From the NCBI RefSeq assembly GCF_001194135.2, contig NC_068988.1, positions 42,654,451 to 42,718,450 on the forward strand: 64,000 nt of DNA. The letters run 5' to 3'. The position numbers were made by a program, and so were the translations under genes. The notes beneath the pieces are model-generated. The model had not been told where the DNA came from. It worked only from the letters and a program-made list of their open reading frames with translations, and ran no database searches. Source of the stretch: Octopus bimaculoides. Taxonomy: Eukaryota. Position 1 is the first letter of the stretch. Every line of letters begins with the position of its first letter. This document shows positions 39,067-52,628 of this stretch, one piece after another.

Positions 39067-39290
39067 AACAATTGCAGTGGGGAAGGTGTTTATAACCCAT
39101 TTAAGAAACACACAAAAACCGTTAGATTCACTTCAACATTTAATGCAGCACGGAATTTTGTTAGTGAACAGGTCGCGGTCTCAAAGCGACGAAAATATTT
39201 TGGCAAATTAAATTTAAATGTTGAAGTAAATCTAACGGTTACTGTGTGTTTATTAAATGGCTTATAAACACCTTCCATGCTGCAGTTGTT
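39067..39290. repeat. Inverted repeat (77-nt arms, ~70-nt spacer) in the last C9orf72 intron
   Basis: 39067-39143 is the reverse complement of 39214-39290 with about 9 mismatches (compared by eye). Confidence 0.92.
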
Positions 39291-39382
39291 TAAAATTATA
39301 TAATTGTAATTATACTTGGAAATAATAATCATACTAGACATCATTAACAGTTATTAATATTAATCTTTGTCTTTTTTGACAG

Positions 39383-39566
39383 GAATCGTGGAAGTCACCC
39401 ATTAAATGATGGTATTCATAAACTACGTCAGGATCTTGGTTTGACTTTAGAAGCTGATTTGAGAATCGTCCTGGCAGCTGCTGATAAACTAAAGCCAGGA
39501 ATTTACTCTCTTGTCATATCAGATGGGCGTCGTCAACCTGATCATTTTGGACCATACTTTGATTAA
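39383..39566 (+). CDS. C9orf72: C9orf72 coding exon 8 (terminal)
   Basis: TTTTTTGACAG acceptor. Encodes (T)NRGSHPLNDGIHKLRQDLGLTLEADLRIVLAAADKLKPGIYSLVISDGRRQPDHFGPYFD* (cf. LKIDLDLTAEGDLNIIMALAEKIKPGLHS). Not shown in the ORF track. Confidence 0.93.
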
Positions 39567-39615
39567 AATTTGCATGTTATTTATTTATTTTATCACACAC
39601 ATACACACACAAAGC

Positions 39616-39621
39616 AATAAA
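39616..39621 (+). promoter_or_regulatory. Candidate polyadenylation signal of C9orf72
   Basis: AATAAA 50 nt after the stop codon, followed by GT/AT-rich sequence. Confidence 0.45.
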
Positions 39622-39659
39622 TATGTATATGCAAATGTATATAATACACTCTCCAAGCA

Positions 39660-39700
<41 letters not shown>

Positions 39701-39708
39701 AGCAACAG

Positions 39709-39747
<39 letters not shown>

Positions 39748-39925
39748 ATATATTCACAGGGTTAACTGGGGTTACTCATGCAGAAACCTATATATGGCTT
39801 TGCCATGCTGTATACATGTTCATTTGAAGTCTTCCGATTTTTTGGCTCCATCTCATCTCTGAAGATGCACAAATCAATATATATGCGCATGTATACATGC
39901 ATACAAAGTAGTATAAATATATTGC

Positions 39926-39968
<43 letters not shown>

Positions 39969-40259
39969 GGGAGAGAGAGAGTTAGTGTATATATGTTTAC
40001 TTACCAAGCTATATATATATCCATGCTGTATACATGTTTACATATGATTTGAAGGCTTTCCTATTGAAGGTGGCATCTTGTCTCTGAATGTTTTTATTTG
40101 GTCCTTTATTTACCTGTGAGCATAAATCCAGAACATGGAGCATAAACAAAATGATTACATGAACGTCCAACTCTTGTATACACAACATAAAGATGTCCAT
40201 GAGGGAAGCAATGATATCTCAATTGTCCCTGTAAATTATTTATGGACATAGCAAAGCTG

Positions 40260-40290
<31 letters not shown>

Positions 40291-41049
40291 TGTATGTGTG
40301 TACATGTATGTGTGTACATGTATGTATGTAGGATGTGTGTAGGATGTATGTATGTATGTATGCATGCATGTATATACATACATACGTACGTACATATGTA
40401 TATACATGCATACATACATACATACATACATACATCTTACACACATCCTACATACATACATACATACATACATGTATTAAACTGGAAACTGCAAACTTTT
40501 GTATATGCAAAGTATTTTTGAGTCAAATGATATCCATCCTGTGTATACTGGATATAAAAGAGTCTTTTCAATGGAACAACCAGTCAGAATATTATCCTGA
40601 ATAATAGAAGACATCTTTAGCTGCTAGTCAAGTGTCATTATACAGCTAAGGCTGATTAAGGTTTTAACTATTATGATGTTAACTTCTCCATATAACAGAA
40701 GTTGGTGTGGTGGAAGCCCAAGAAGTTCCAAAGAAATTTAAGAATTCAACAGAACAGTTGATAACCTTTGTTGGATAGAGACCTGAATCTATAGATTTAT
40801 AAGTTTGTGTATTTCTTGAAATGTGATCTAATAGTTCGTTATCTTTCCTGTTGTTTATGATATTTTGGGGGTTAAGGCATTATACAGTTAAGGCAGATTA
40901 AGGTTTTGACTAGCATGATCATAACTCCTACATTTAACATAAGTACTTGTAGTTTTTTTGGTGATCCTGAAAATTTTGGAATACTCTTGGTTTAAACTTA
41001 CTAACTGATGAAAGTGTTTTTGAGCAAATTCTTCAGACAAATCATCAAT

Positions 41050-42281
41050 GAAAAGGGTGATCAATTATGATACTCTTTGTTGTCACTTGTCTCCAAAAAT
41101 AGACGAATTCAAGCTTGTCTGCTTTAGTACCTCTTGGAATGATGAGTAAATTCTGGTGAAGGTATCCTGGTGGCATAGTAGAACTCCACCCATTAATGCA
41201 AGCATTGATTTAGAGCTTCCAAAGCTTTTTTGTTGCTTATCTTACACTTATCCTAAACAACAGAATGACAACACTTTAGTATTTGCCCTGTTCCAGATAT
41301 TTTTTTTACTAATATTACAAACTGTTGTATCATTGTTGACTTAATTCATGGGCAGTTTGAAAGAAGAAAGGGCTGTTTTACTCTTCACAAGTAGTATAGC
41401 AGTAATATCTGAAGAAGCAACAATCAAAGCTATTTGTTGTTTCTGTCATACTTGGGGCTGTCTTAACTTCATTATAGCCCCACTGGGGGCAGGGTAAGTT
41501 AGTGCATTGGGTCCTGTAGTATTTATTTACTGACAGCAAGCCATAAATTACATAGATCAGAATTGGAGCTCTTAGACCTGTGGGGCAATTGGGTAAACTG
41601 CCCAGTGGTTGTAATTTGGAAAGCAACAGCTTAGTGAGAAATGTTTTGTCAGTTCCTGCAGGAGCATCAAGAGAAAAATCCTGTTTGGAAAACAAAGGAA
41701 ATCCTCTCTTGAATGTAAGGATTGTAGAATGATTTTTAAACTGGCATCAATTTTGGTCCATTCTCACTGACATATCCTGACAGGTCTTTAGTGGTGTAAG
41801 AAGTTTCTTTAAATAGTTCTAAGGTTAGAATATTGACTTCAGAATGACTGGTGTGAGAGATTCCATACCCTTCATAGAAAAATTATAGCTATTAATGCTG
41901 CATTGTAGATTTCATCACTCTATTCTATTTTCCTGTAAGGACATTGCAACTGTATCTGATATTTGTGAAAATTTGATTCTGCAATATTGATTCTGTACTT
42001 TAGCCATATTGATTTACTCTGGATCTTTTAGAGTAGAGTAGCAAACAGTGTTCACATACTTCCTTGTGCAAAACCCAGAAACCATTAACATATCAACCAA
42101 AGATTGACCATCAGCCTGTAGCAATTCTAAATGTTAAATATGCTTTTTTTTCATAAGAAGTGTCAATATTACCATCAATGGTTTGAAGATAGAGAAGCAA
42201 TATGGAACTTCAAATTTCATACAGAAGCAGTCTTAAGTAAAAGCTTTTACATGCGCTGTTTATACTCTTCCTATTGTCTGA

Positions 42282-42328
<47 letters not shown>

Positions 42329-42637
42329 NNNNNNNNNNNNNNNNNNNNNNNNNNNNNNNNNNNNNNNNNNNNNNNNNNNNNNNNNNNNNNNNNNNNNNNN
42401 NNNNNNNNNNNNNNNNNNNNNNNNNNNNNNNNNNNNNNNNNNNNNNNNNNNNNNNNNNNNNNNNNNNNNNNNNNNNNNNNNNNNNNNNNNNNNNNNNNNN
42501 NNNNNNNNNNNNNNNNNNNNNNNNNNNNNNNNNNNNNNNNNNNNNNNNNNNNNNNNNNNNNNNNNNNNNNNNNNNNNNNNNNNNNNNNNNNNNNNNNNNN
42601 NNNNNNNNNNNNNNNNNNNNNNNNNNNNNNNNNNNNT

Positions 42638-42680
<43 letters not shown>

Positions 42681-44880
42681 ATATGTATCAAAATAACTTT
42701 CATTCTCAACAACTTTATTTTGTGATTCCATTGTTTATTCTTTGTATAACAGGATAGTAATTGATAGTACAACAGGATTTGGGTAAAAGAGTGTTTTTAA
42801 CAAATGTGAGAAACAGCTTTTATAGTAGTTTGCCTCAAGGCTAAGGATTGGTCAACAGTAGTTTCTATACAGCCACTAATTGAACTGGATGGTATCAATC
42901 ATGAATAGGGAATCTAAATATTTTCCAAAATGCCTTACTGCTGTTCATACTCCACTACATCTGGAGTTTTGTAACTTAAACTTGAAATGTTTTGTTTCAA
43001 AGTAGTGAACATTGCAGCTCATGATTATAAGGTAATGAGTTTGATTCCTGGCGGCATGTTGTTTCCTTAGCAAACACTTTATTTCATGTTGCTCCAGTCT
43101 GCTCAGATGGCAAAAATGAGTTGTACCTGACAGACTTTTTGGTAGTACAATATTCAACATAGCATGTAGGCATTAAATTGTTTTGATTTAAAAAATGGCA
43201 ATGAGGCACTATCTATTGATTGCCAATTTTTGTTTCATAACCTCAACCTTGTGATGCCCATCTTTTGTATGATGGATATTTATCTTCACCTGTTTGTTTC
43301 TTTAATCCTTTAGCGTTTAAACCAATCTCATATCTAGCTAAAATATTCTACATGCTTTATGCTCAAACTGACCAGATCTGGCCTCTCACACCAACCCCAC
43401 ATTATCATTCTAAACAACAGTTTACTCATCAAAATCTCAAAACAATGTGAATAAATAAGCATTACATTTGACAGAATAATTTGAATGCTAAAGGATTTTG
43501 TAAGCTTATTGTCTTTCATGCATGGAGAGGTGAGGTTGTTCTTTTTGATGCATTTTCATGTGACACAATCTCTTTGATTCTATTAAACTGTCAGTCTTTT
43601 GTTATACATATCAGTCATATGATCAATGTTTGATTTGACAATTTCTTAATGTCCTTTCGTGGCATTTGTAGATTCTGCTGCTATCATAGAACCAATCTGA
43701 TTATAGTGAATTCTGGGCAAAAACCAAATTAAAATATATGCCCCTTATTTTGTTTGTTTATTTTTCCATTCAGTTGGACATATATGACCACATACTGGTT
43801 GAAATAGGTGTGAAGTGTAACGTCTATTAATTTGGAAATTTTCAGATGAAAAAGTTTTTCAGTTAACTAATTAACTCCTGTCTGTCAGTGTATAATTTAT
43901 CCTGGAAAGAGTTCTAGATTTCATTCCATTTAGTATTGTAAGTAAAAGCGTGGAAAAATTCCTCGGCCATAATTATGAACATAAGTCATGACATCCTGTG
44001 TTCTCTCGTACATATATCGTGGATTTCCTATAAAAGCGGGTGGGAGAATACAAAACTGTTCTAGCTCTGTTCTGGTGGTATCATTGTTAATGCCATCTTG
44101 TCAATGTATATGGGATTCTGAATGTGTTTTTTGTTTCCATGCTTGTAGCCCAATTTCTTTGATTCCATTGAATTCATAGATGGTATTTTGCATACATATT
44201 AGCGACATACTGGGATATTGTAAAGCATATGAATGATGAGTTTCGTTTATGAATTTGATGTTACATGTCACAATCCCTCAAAACAATGTTTCATTTTCTA
44301 TGAGGTTCTCTGACCATAATAATTGCCACTTTACTAAACTCAGGAACATCAAATCAACAAACCTGAAAATCCAAAGTTGAAGTACATTCTAAAGAATACT
44401 GCAAATTTCATGAAATAAGAATTGTTTTTATGGAGTGTTTCTTATTTCTTTTTGGGTTCTAATTCTAGTGCTTGAAAAGTTTTTGTTGCAACATTGTGTT
44501 TCTTTTTGAATATCATCTAAAAATATAATGTGTAAAAACTGTGGGTCTTTATTCTGTAAAGGCTGAAGCAAAACCATTCTGTGATAAATTTGTCCTTGTA
44601 TTTTAAAAATCAGTATAAACCCACATTCCATGATAAATTTTGGTCCAAATGACTTTTTCTGAAAAGCACAATTGAATACTCAAATGCAATTAAGAAAATG
44701 TTTTTGACTCTGAAGTGGGGCTTAAAGAAGTCTAGCTGAATTACAGAACATGGACTTTGCCATTAGGAAAATACATGCCTGATAATTTCTTACTCATTTT
44801 CTAACCACACATTTGCCAGCATGCTTTGCATGTAAAGTTCACAGATACAGTTATTCAGATGTATAATCATGATTAAGAAT
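41050..44880 (-). mobile_element. Second decayed Helitron (N-terminal region, Rep, helicase), interrupted
   Basis: Minus-strand peptides in the expected order: FKIQGQIYHR...DPQFLHI (44500-44600), VAIIMV, ILPPAFIGNPRYMYERTQDVMTYVHNYGR (~43950-44050), EW..RG remnant, Walker A FSLDAPAGTDKTFLTKLLL (~41640-41690), IIPRGTKAD (~41120). Split by SINEs, a MITE, (TA)n and a gap. Confidence 0.88.
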
Positions 44881-45191
44881 CATAATTCAATGCATTACTT
44901 GCCATTGCATTTGTTCATATTTCTGAAAATTTTTGTTTTTGAATTTTACTTTTCTGTCTTTTTTAACTTTTTCATGATTTTTTTTTTTTCTATCTTTCTC
45001 CATTTTTACAATCTAATTTCTTTGACCTTTTCATTTTCTTGAGCTTCTTTGTAATTCTATATTCCTCCAGTCCTTTCCTCTGCAGTTTTTTTTCTCTATT
45101 TCAGACTTATACTTCTGTGGTAAATGATTTGAACTGTGACTGTTTGTTGAAACCAAAGCAATTACACACAAAAACTATTAACTTTACTTAA

Positions 45192-45469
45192 CCCATTACC
45201 TCCCATAATTCTATTAACTGGAATTTTTTTTATGAAACTTTGATTTCTAGCATAAAACAGCTTTAGAAACATGCTGGAATGATCAAAATAACATTTTAAA
45301 TAGAAATAAGCGAGATATTGGGTGAAAAATTAGCAAACCTCATTTGAATATCAAAGAAATATACCTAGTAGATATAGCAAAAACGTTAGATATGTGTAAA
45401 TATTGACAGATAATTATGAAATTTGTAATTTTTAAGTGATCTCATATGAGATCACTGGTAGGTAATGGG
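45192..45469. mobile_element. 278-bp piggyBac-type MITE with TTAA TSD
   Basis: TTAA(45188-45191)-CCCATTACCT(C/A)CCA ... TGGTAGGTAATGGG-TTAA(45470-45473). Confidence 0.85.
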
Positions 45470-46106
45470 TTAAACATAGGCACAGATGTGGTTGTGTGGT
45501 AAGAAGCTTGTTTCCTTGACATATGGTTCCAGATTCAATCCCACTGCATGGCACCTTGGGCAAGTATCTTCCATTATAACCTTGGGCTGACCAAAGCCTT
45601 GTGGGTGGATTTGGTAGACAGAAACTGCAAGCAGCCTGTGTTTGTCTGTATCTTTGTATCTTTGTCCCCCATCACTGCTTTACAACCAGTGTTGGTGTGT
45701 TTACATCCCTGTAACTTAACAGTTCGGCAAAAAGAGACCAATAGAATAAGTACCAGGCTTAACAAAAAGTAAAATTTCTTCAAGGCAGTGCCCCAGCATG
45801 GCCGCAGTCTAAGCCTGGTACTTACCAGTAGTATGTTGTGGTTATTACTGGGTGTGCTGTCACACTGGCCATACTATGACTAACATTAGTATTACTCAAA
45901 TTAGGCATACAAACTGTATTTCTATTCAAAATGCATATCCGAAATGTAAATAATATAAACTTAATTCAATTGGGATACAAATATATGGCACTAAAATAAA
46001 CTGAATTAATAATACCTTATAAATTGTAAGCATTCTAAATTAAGCCATAATTTTTTTATGCGCACACACTGAAAAATAAGAAATCATGTAGTTTTACTTA
46101 CTTAAA

Positions 46107-46400
46107 TTATTTATATGTATGTTCTGTTCTTCTTTGAGACATAAAATGTTTGATAACCTCATTGTACAATGAACCACTTTGCTTGAGCTGCATTAGTACA
46201 CTTTTCTCAATCGAAAGTAAACCAAGGCCTCTTAGTCTTTCTTGACTTTGTGATTCGCAAAAGCAAATAAGCAAGTATTTATTTGTTTGAGAGTGCAAAA
46301 TATGTGTTCTGCTGGAGCAGTGTTGCTTGTACTGCCCAAACTTGTAGTGTTTGGTGCACTAACAGTGCCAGAATTCGACCTCTGACTTCTAAAAGTGTAT
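46107..46400 (-). mobile_element. hAT transposase C-terminal dimerisation-domain relic
   Basis: STSNTAPAEHIFCTLKQINT / SQSQERLRGLGLLSIEK resembles the hAT pattern S.ER.FS.LK..K..LRS...QERL..L.LLSIE. Confidence 0.7.
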
Positions 46401-47559
46401 TATTAATTTTGTAAACAAATTAAGATCAAAGTGATATGATGATACTGTTAGAAAAAAAAATTGTAAAAAAAATTACTTTTAGTTTAGGAATTTTAAATTA
46501 ATTTAAACATACTTCTTGCCACAAATACAAACATTTGACTGTGCTGTCAAAGCTGTCGCACACCCTTTGCTATTAATTTTTTGCCAGTCTCTCATCATCC
46601 TATGATACACCTAGTACTATTATGATACAATGTGCTGTGAGGTGTGCAGTGTTATTTCAGGACATCTGCCACCAAATTTCAAGCATGGGTATAACAAAAG
46701 TTTTCCATTATGATTTCTGATTAAATTAATGAGTAAGGTTAATTTTTCATTTTCAATGGATGTGCAGCGCACACCTAATACACCCAGAACATACACCCTT
46801 AGTACTTATTCTATTGGTCTCTTTTTGCCAAACCACTAAATTATGGGGGCATAAACACACCAACACTTGTTATCAAGTGCTGGTAGGGGACAAACACACA
46901 CACTACAGGCTTCTTTCAGTTTCCGCTTACCAAATCTACTCACAAAGCTTTGGTCGTCCTGAGGCTATAGTAGAAGACATTTGCCTAAAGTGCCATGCAA
47001 TAGGACTGAACCTAGATAAGAACATCTTACAAATGATTAGGAAAACTATGGTTGGATACATCTAATACAGTTCAATGAAATTATATGTATTGTAGTTTTT
47101 AGATTGGGGCATGATAGGCAACAGACTCATTGAAAGAGTTTTAACATGAAGAAAAGTAAGAATATGATTGGTGCATTTCAAAGTCAAAGAAAGGACCGAA
47201 ATATAAGAACTTAAGATCTAGGTGACAGTTTGTGATGAGAAAAACTGAAGGATGTGAGTGACCCAACAGCTGAGCATGAAAGAAGTTAGTTGAGTTTATT
47301 AATAAAAAGAGAAAAAAATGGAACTTTTAAAAATAGCATGTGATCTTCACCTTCAGTTTAATAATAGCTGAATCAAGCCACGTCATTTAGTTACTGACCA
47401 GCTCATGAAAGTGAACATACATTTGGTGAACTTTGTCATTTGTTGCATTAAACAATGAAAGATCTGGGAGAGCATCGTGTGTTTGAGAAATTTTGATTCT
47501 AATTGAAAAAAAAGAAAAAAATCTTTTACTGAGACATTTCTTGTTACAACAGGCCTAAG

Positions 47560-48290
47560 AAGAGGATAGTGTTTTGGTTATGTCCATTATCATGAATGGT
47601 ACTAGCATTTCGAATTGGGAAGAACTTTCACTAAAGATAATCCCTTTGTCAAAGTCAATGATGATATTGGGAAAGTCTATGCTGTGATCTGTGAAAATCA
47701 TCGCCTGACTGCATATAAATTTTCTGAAGAAGGAGGCATCTGTGAAAGTTTGTGGTGCTTGATTTCAAATGAGAAATGGAAGATGCATCATATTGTTAAG
47801 GAAATTTGTGTGTAAAGAGAATTGAGTTACAATCAGTTCAGAGGTGTTTGGCTTTGATGTCAAACTAAAAAAGCAGTTGCCTCTGTGAGTAGTAGCTTTG
47901 CCGTTGGGAACAGAAAACAGGTGCTGGAAGCGAGTACATTAGAGTTATCCAAATGTGAAGGGGATGTTGGTTATTTCTTTTTTATGTGAAGGACATTGTT
48001 CATCCTGAATCAAACAATCAAGAATTATACTACGATATCCTGAGATGTTTAAGAGAAGCAGTGTAAAAGAAGGATCCTAGGCATGAACAAACAGAATGGA
48101 TACTGCGGCATGAGAACAAACCTGCTCATGTATTGTTCCTTATCTGGGGATTTGACAAATCATGAGGTGACAGTTATCCCCCAAGCAACCATACTCTCCA
48201 GATTTAGCCTTGCTAATTTGTTTTTGTTCAAAAAGTTGATCACATATTATAGAGGATAGAAAAGGTCAGAGAAAATTCACTAGGGGAACT
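47560..48290 (+). mobile_element. mariner (DD34D-type) transposase relic
   Basis: HTH-side GKVYAVICENHRLT; catalytic-side YYDILRCLREAV, WILRHENKPAH and PYSPDLA motif; many stops. Confidence 0.78.
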
Positions 48291-50521
48291 GCACTAGTCC
48301 TGATAAAGCAATTTTCTAAAGTGTTCCAAAACTTGAATTTAGACCTTAAACGTTTTCTTCCCTTTTTTAAAAACAGTAGGGTTCAATTTGAGGAGAAATG
48401 GTTGCTATTTTTTGCAGGCTGAGCTGGTCAAGTCACTGGTTGAGAGGATTGGTTCCTCTTTTAATATATTGTATACATTAAAGACTGTGAGCTGGATGAA
48501 CTGCTAGCAAACCAAACAAACTGCTTAGTAACATTTCTTCTGGTTTTGTGTTCTGAGTTCAAATTCCACTGAGGCTGACTTTGCCTTTCATCATTTTGGG
48601 GTCGATAAAATAAGTGCCAGTCGACTTGTCCAGCACCCCAGCTGTGCAAAATTTTCAGGCCTTGTGCCTATAGTAGAAAGATATTTAATACAATATCTTT
48701 TCTGTTTACTACCATCCTCACAGTTGAAGCTAATTTGTATGGGGAAATTGGTTGTCATTGTGGTTTGCCCTTCCTACTGGCTTCATGGAGTATCTTGACT
48801 GAATGTGGGTTTCCTTTGTTTCCACAACGAGGTAAACCTAATCATAAAATATTCTCTCTAGCCAATGGGATTGGAGATGATGGGAAGAGGCCTGGTAGAT
48901 GGATTCACAACTTGTTCGTGGGCTAGCAATGGCAACCCATGCCTTTATGACATGATTTTAATGCTGCGTTAAAAGTGGGATTTAATGTACCTGTAGCTGA
49001 ATGAAATAAGAAACTGAAATGGTGTAATATGTTGGTAAATTACATCTTTTAGCCCTCGACTTTTCAGACGTTCTGGAATATTGGGCTGTTGATAAATAGT
49101 TTTGACTTCATTGGTGTCCTGTCCTACTGAAATATCTGATTAGTCTCGAGAAGACGCCTGGCTGTTTCTGCCTCGCACTCACCTACAATTCTGTTGTATT
49201 TTGGAGTGTCACAAAAATTTAAAAAATAAAATAAAAAACAACACTAGTTTTCCCTAACAAGATTTGTAATTAAGATATTGTGTAATTAAGAGATTATTTT
49301 GAGTGCATATTAATTTTTTCTTTCAATTCTTACTGTTTATTTTTGTAAAGAGATCATTTTCATGGAAATATTGCAAAAGTTATGTCCCTTCCTTTTCCTT
49401 GTTCAAATAGCGTTGGATTAGATTTTTGTAAATACTAGTAAATTCTAGTCAAGTATCTGGACATTTAAAGAGAATGTACCTTTCTTTCTTAATCTATGAC
49501 TTTATGCAAAAGTTAGAAATAATAGAATGACATTGTTTCAGATACTCACTAGACTTTTACCGTTAAAGGAAGTTGTAGAGTATATGTACAGACGTTCTTC
49601 ATCAAATTTTTTGGGCTATATCAAATTTGTTAAATTTTAGTTCTATATATCTTAAAATTAACTTGTAAAAAGGATAAGGGAAAAATGTATTTATTACATT
49701 TATTAAAAACATTTATTCTTGAGAATGTTAATTTTTCAACATGTTCACCGTCATTACGTATACAAAACTTGACGCGATTATGAAGTCCTGATATTCAGCT
49801 GTAATCTAAATCACACTAGTTATTCTATTTCGCAAGTCATCTAGGTTTCGTGGAATTATATGTCTCCATAAAAAAAAAAAGTCGACATATAAAAAGTTTC
49901 TACAAATAAACAATTATGAATTACTAATAGATATACATCAAGTTTCTAAATGTTGTTTTCAAATTAATGTAATAAAGATAGAATTAAGGTTATAAAATTT
50001 AGAATTACACAAAACCTCCATGTTTGACATTGTATTGAAATACAATTTTGCGATCTTTGACAAGTATATATAAAATTATTTAACCATCGAAAGGAAAAAA
50101 AAATTAAGAGTTACCTCCCTTGATTGCATAGCCGGGGTTATTTCTCTTGTCAGAAGTAAAGCGTGATCGTCAGACCGTCTGAATCACTCGTACACTTGTT
50201 TTGATAGATACTTGTTTTACATGCATATACGTGATGTGATCAATAAGTATCCGAACTGTTGCTATAGCAATGAAGCTAAAGCATGCAGAATGAAGCCGCT
50301 TGGCACAGATTGACCTAGAACTCTGTTATTGCAATTAACTTTTCGATTAACGGTGCCTACCTCTGGTTCCAGGTTAAATGCCACTGCGTGGCACCTTGGG
50401 CAAGTGTCTTCTACTATAGCCTCGGGCTAACCAAAGCCTTATGAATAGATTTTGTAGACAAGCAAAAAAACTAGTTTGAAATACTAAAAGATCAACGTAG
50501 TAGTTATACTGACACGTAATA

Positions 50522-51006
50522 TTCGTAACCACTTCAACATGGCTGTCCGTTTGAACGGACTTTATTGCGATTCTTTAACTCCAAGAGAACATCTCTAGCT
50601 GGTTAACGATGCACATCTGCATCCGAAATATTGCGAGCAGGGGACCGAACCCCAACCACCTTCTAGCAACGGGACCAGCAGACCAGCCTGGTTTCGGTCT
50701 ATTTCTGCCTCTCTTTAGTACTGGACACATCGTCTGCTAGAGATGGCCAGATATATTGCAAGCAGAGGCGAGCTACTGCCATCTCTAGCAGACGAGGTGT
50801 CCAGTACTGAAGTGAGGCAGAAATAGCCTGCAACCAGGCTGGTCTACTGGTCCCGTCGCTTGAAGGTTGTAGGGGTTCATTCCTTTGCTTGCAACATCTC
50901 GGATGTATCTGTGCCTCGTTTACTAGCTAAAGGAGATGTCCTCTTCGGGTTAGAAAATGGCAGTAAAGTCCGTTCGAACGGACAGCCATGTTGAAGTGGC
51001 TACGAA
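50522..51006. mobile_element. Foldback element: ~225-nt inverted arms with a 30-nt loop
   Basis: 50522-50747 pairs with 50778-51006 (ends TTCGTAACCACTTCAACATGGCTGTCCGTT / AACGGACAGCCATGTTGAAGTGGCTACGAA; inner GTCTGCTAGAGATGGC / GCCATCTCTAGCAGAC). Confidence 0.92.
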
Positions 51007-51317
51007 CCTTATATATATATATATATATGTATGCATGCATTTGTGTGTGTGTGTTTGACCCCACCATAGCTTGACCACCGATGTTTGTGTGTATATATCC
51101 TCGAAACTTAGCGGTTCCGCAAAACAGACCGATAGAATATGTAGTNNNNNNNNNNNNNNNNNNNNNNNNNNNNNNNNNNNNNNNNNNNNNNNNNNNNNNN
51201 NNNNNNNNNNNNNNNNNNNNNNNNNNNNNNNNNNNNNNNNNNNNNNNNNNNNNNNNNNNNNNNNNNNNNNNNNNNNNNNNNNNNNNNNNNNNNNNNNNNN
51301 NNNNNNNNNNNNNNNNN

Positions 51318-51358
<41 letters not shown>

Positions 51359-51589
51359 TACGTAGCAGATATAAAAGCATGGCAAATTTAACTATTTCTC
51401 CGTGAAGTGATCAAAATCTTTTACACTTATTGGGGGGGTTTCATCATATGTGTCTACATCACTTGATCACTCCCAGTGAAATTAGCAGACGATCTGTTTA
51501 TATACACAATAAATTCAGTAGCTTTAGAGAACATGGTTTACTAATTTCCATCCTAGAAGTGCCTAAAACTTTATTTAATATCAGCGGTC

Positions 51590-51900
51590 TGCAGTTACAT
51601 CGGCAGCGCGTCAACCAGCAGTGGCAGCTACGGCAGTAATAACAACAATAGCAACAACAGCATCAATAGTGCGTCCGGCAGTAGCAACAATAGCTGTCTT
51701 GTTGGCGGCAAGTGCAGCATCAGCATCCCATCCAGAATAACAGCAGATGCAGATGCAGCAGCCGCATCAGCAGCTGCATCAGTAGCATCCGAAGCAGCAA
51801 CAACCGTAGCAGCCGCAGCAGCATCTGCAGTCGCAGCAGCAGCAACGGTCCGGAAGTGGCAGCAACATTAACAGCGGTAACGTTAGCAGCTTACCACTAC
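51590..51900 (+). repeat. Degenerate CAG/CAGCAR-rich low-complexity tract
   Basis: Repeated GCAGCA, CAGCAT and CAACA units; GC-rich relative to flanks. Confidence 0.8.
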
Positions 51901-51922
51901 CAGCACAAGAGCACAGGCACAG

Positions 51923-52628
<706 letters not shown>

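Larger units (their letters stand above)
14087..39566 (+). other. C9orf72: C9orf72 orthologue, joined gene model (8 coding exons, 498 aa)
   Basis: join(14087-14662,19443-19544,27792-27920,30467-30589,33553-33749,35232-35292,38147-38271,39383-39566) = 1497 nt, open to TAA. All seven introns are GT..AG with compatible phases (0,0,0,0,2,0,2). Peptides such as FSHWDNILGPRVEQVW, MISSHLMTFGRSVVIG, TPEERLCSR, LLQRKALCLIKYVE and LRQDLGLTLEADLRIVLAAADKLKPGIYS match human C9orf72 segments as I recall them. Confidence 0.95.

Noticed and set aside
48700-49000. Possible exon(s) of another gene in unique-looking sequence
   Set aside because: All frames I translated on both strands are short or interrupted, with no recognisable motif.
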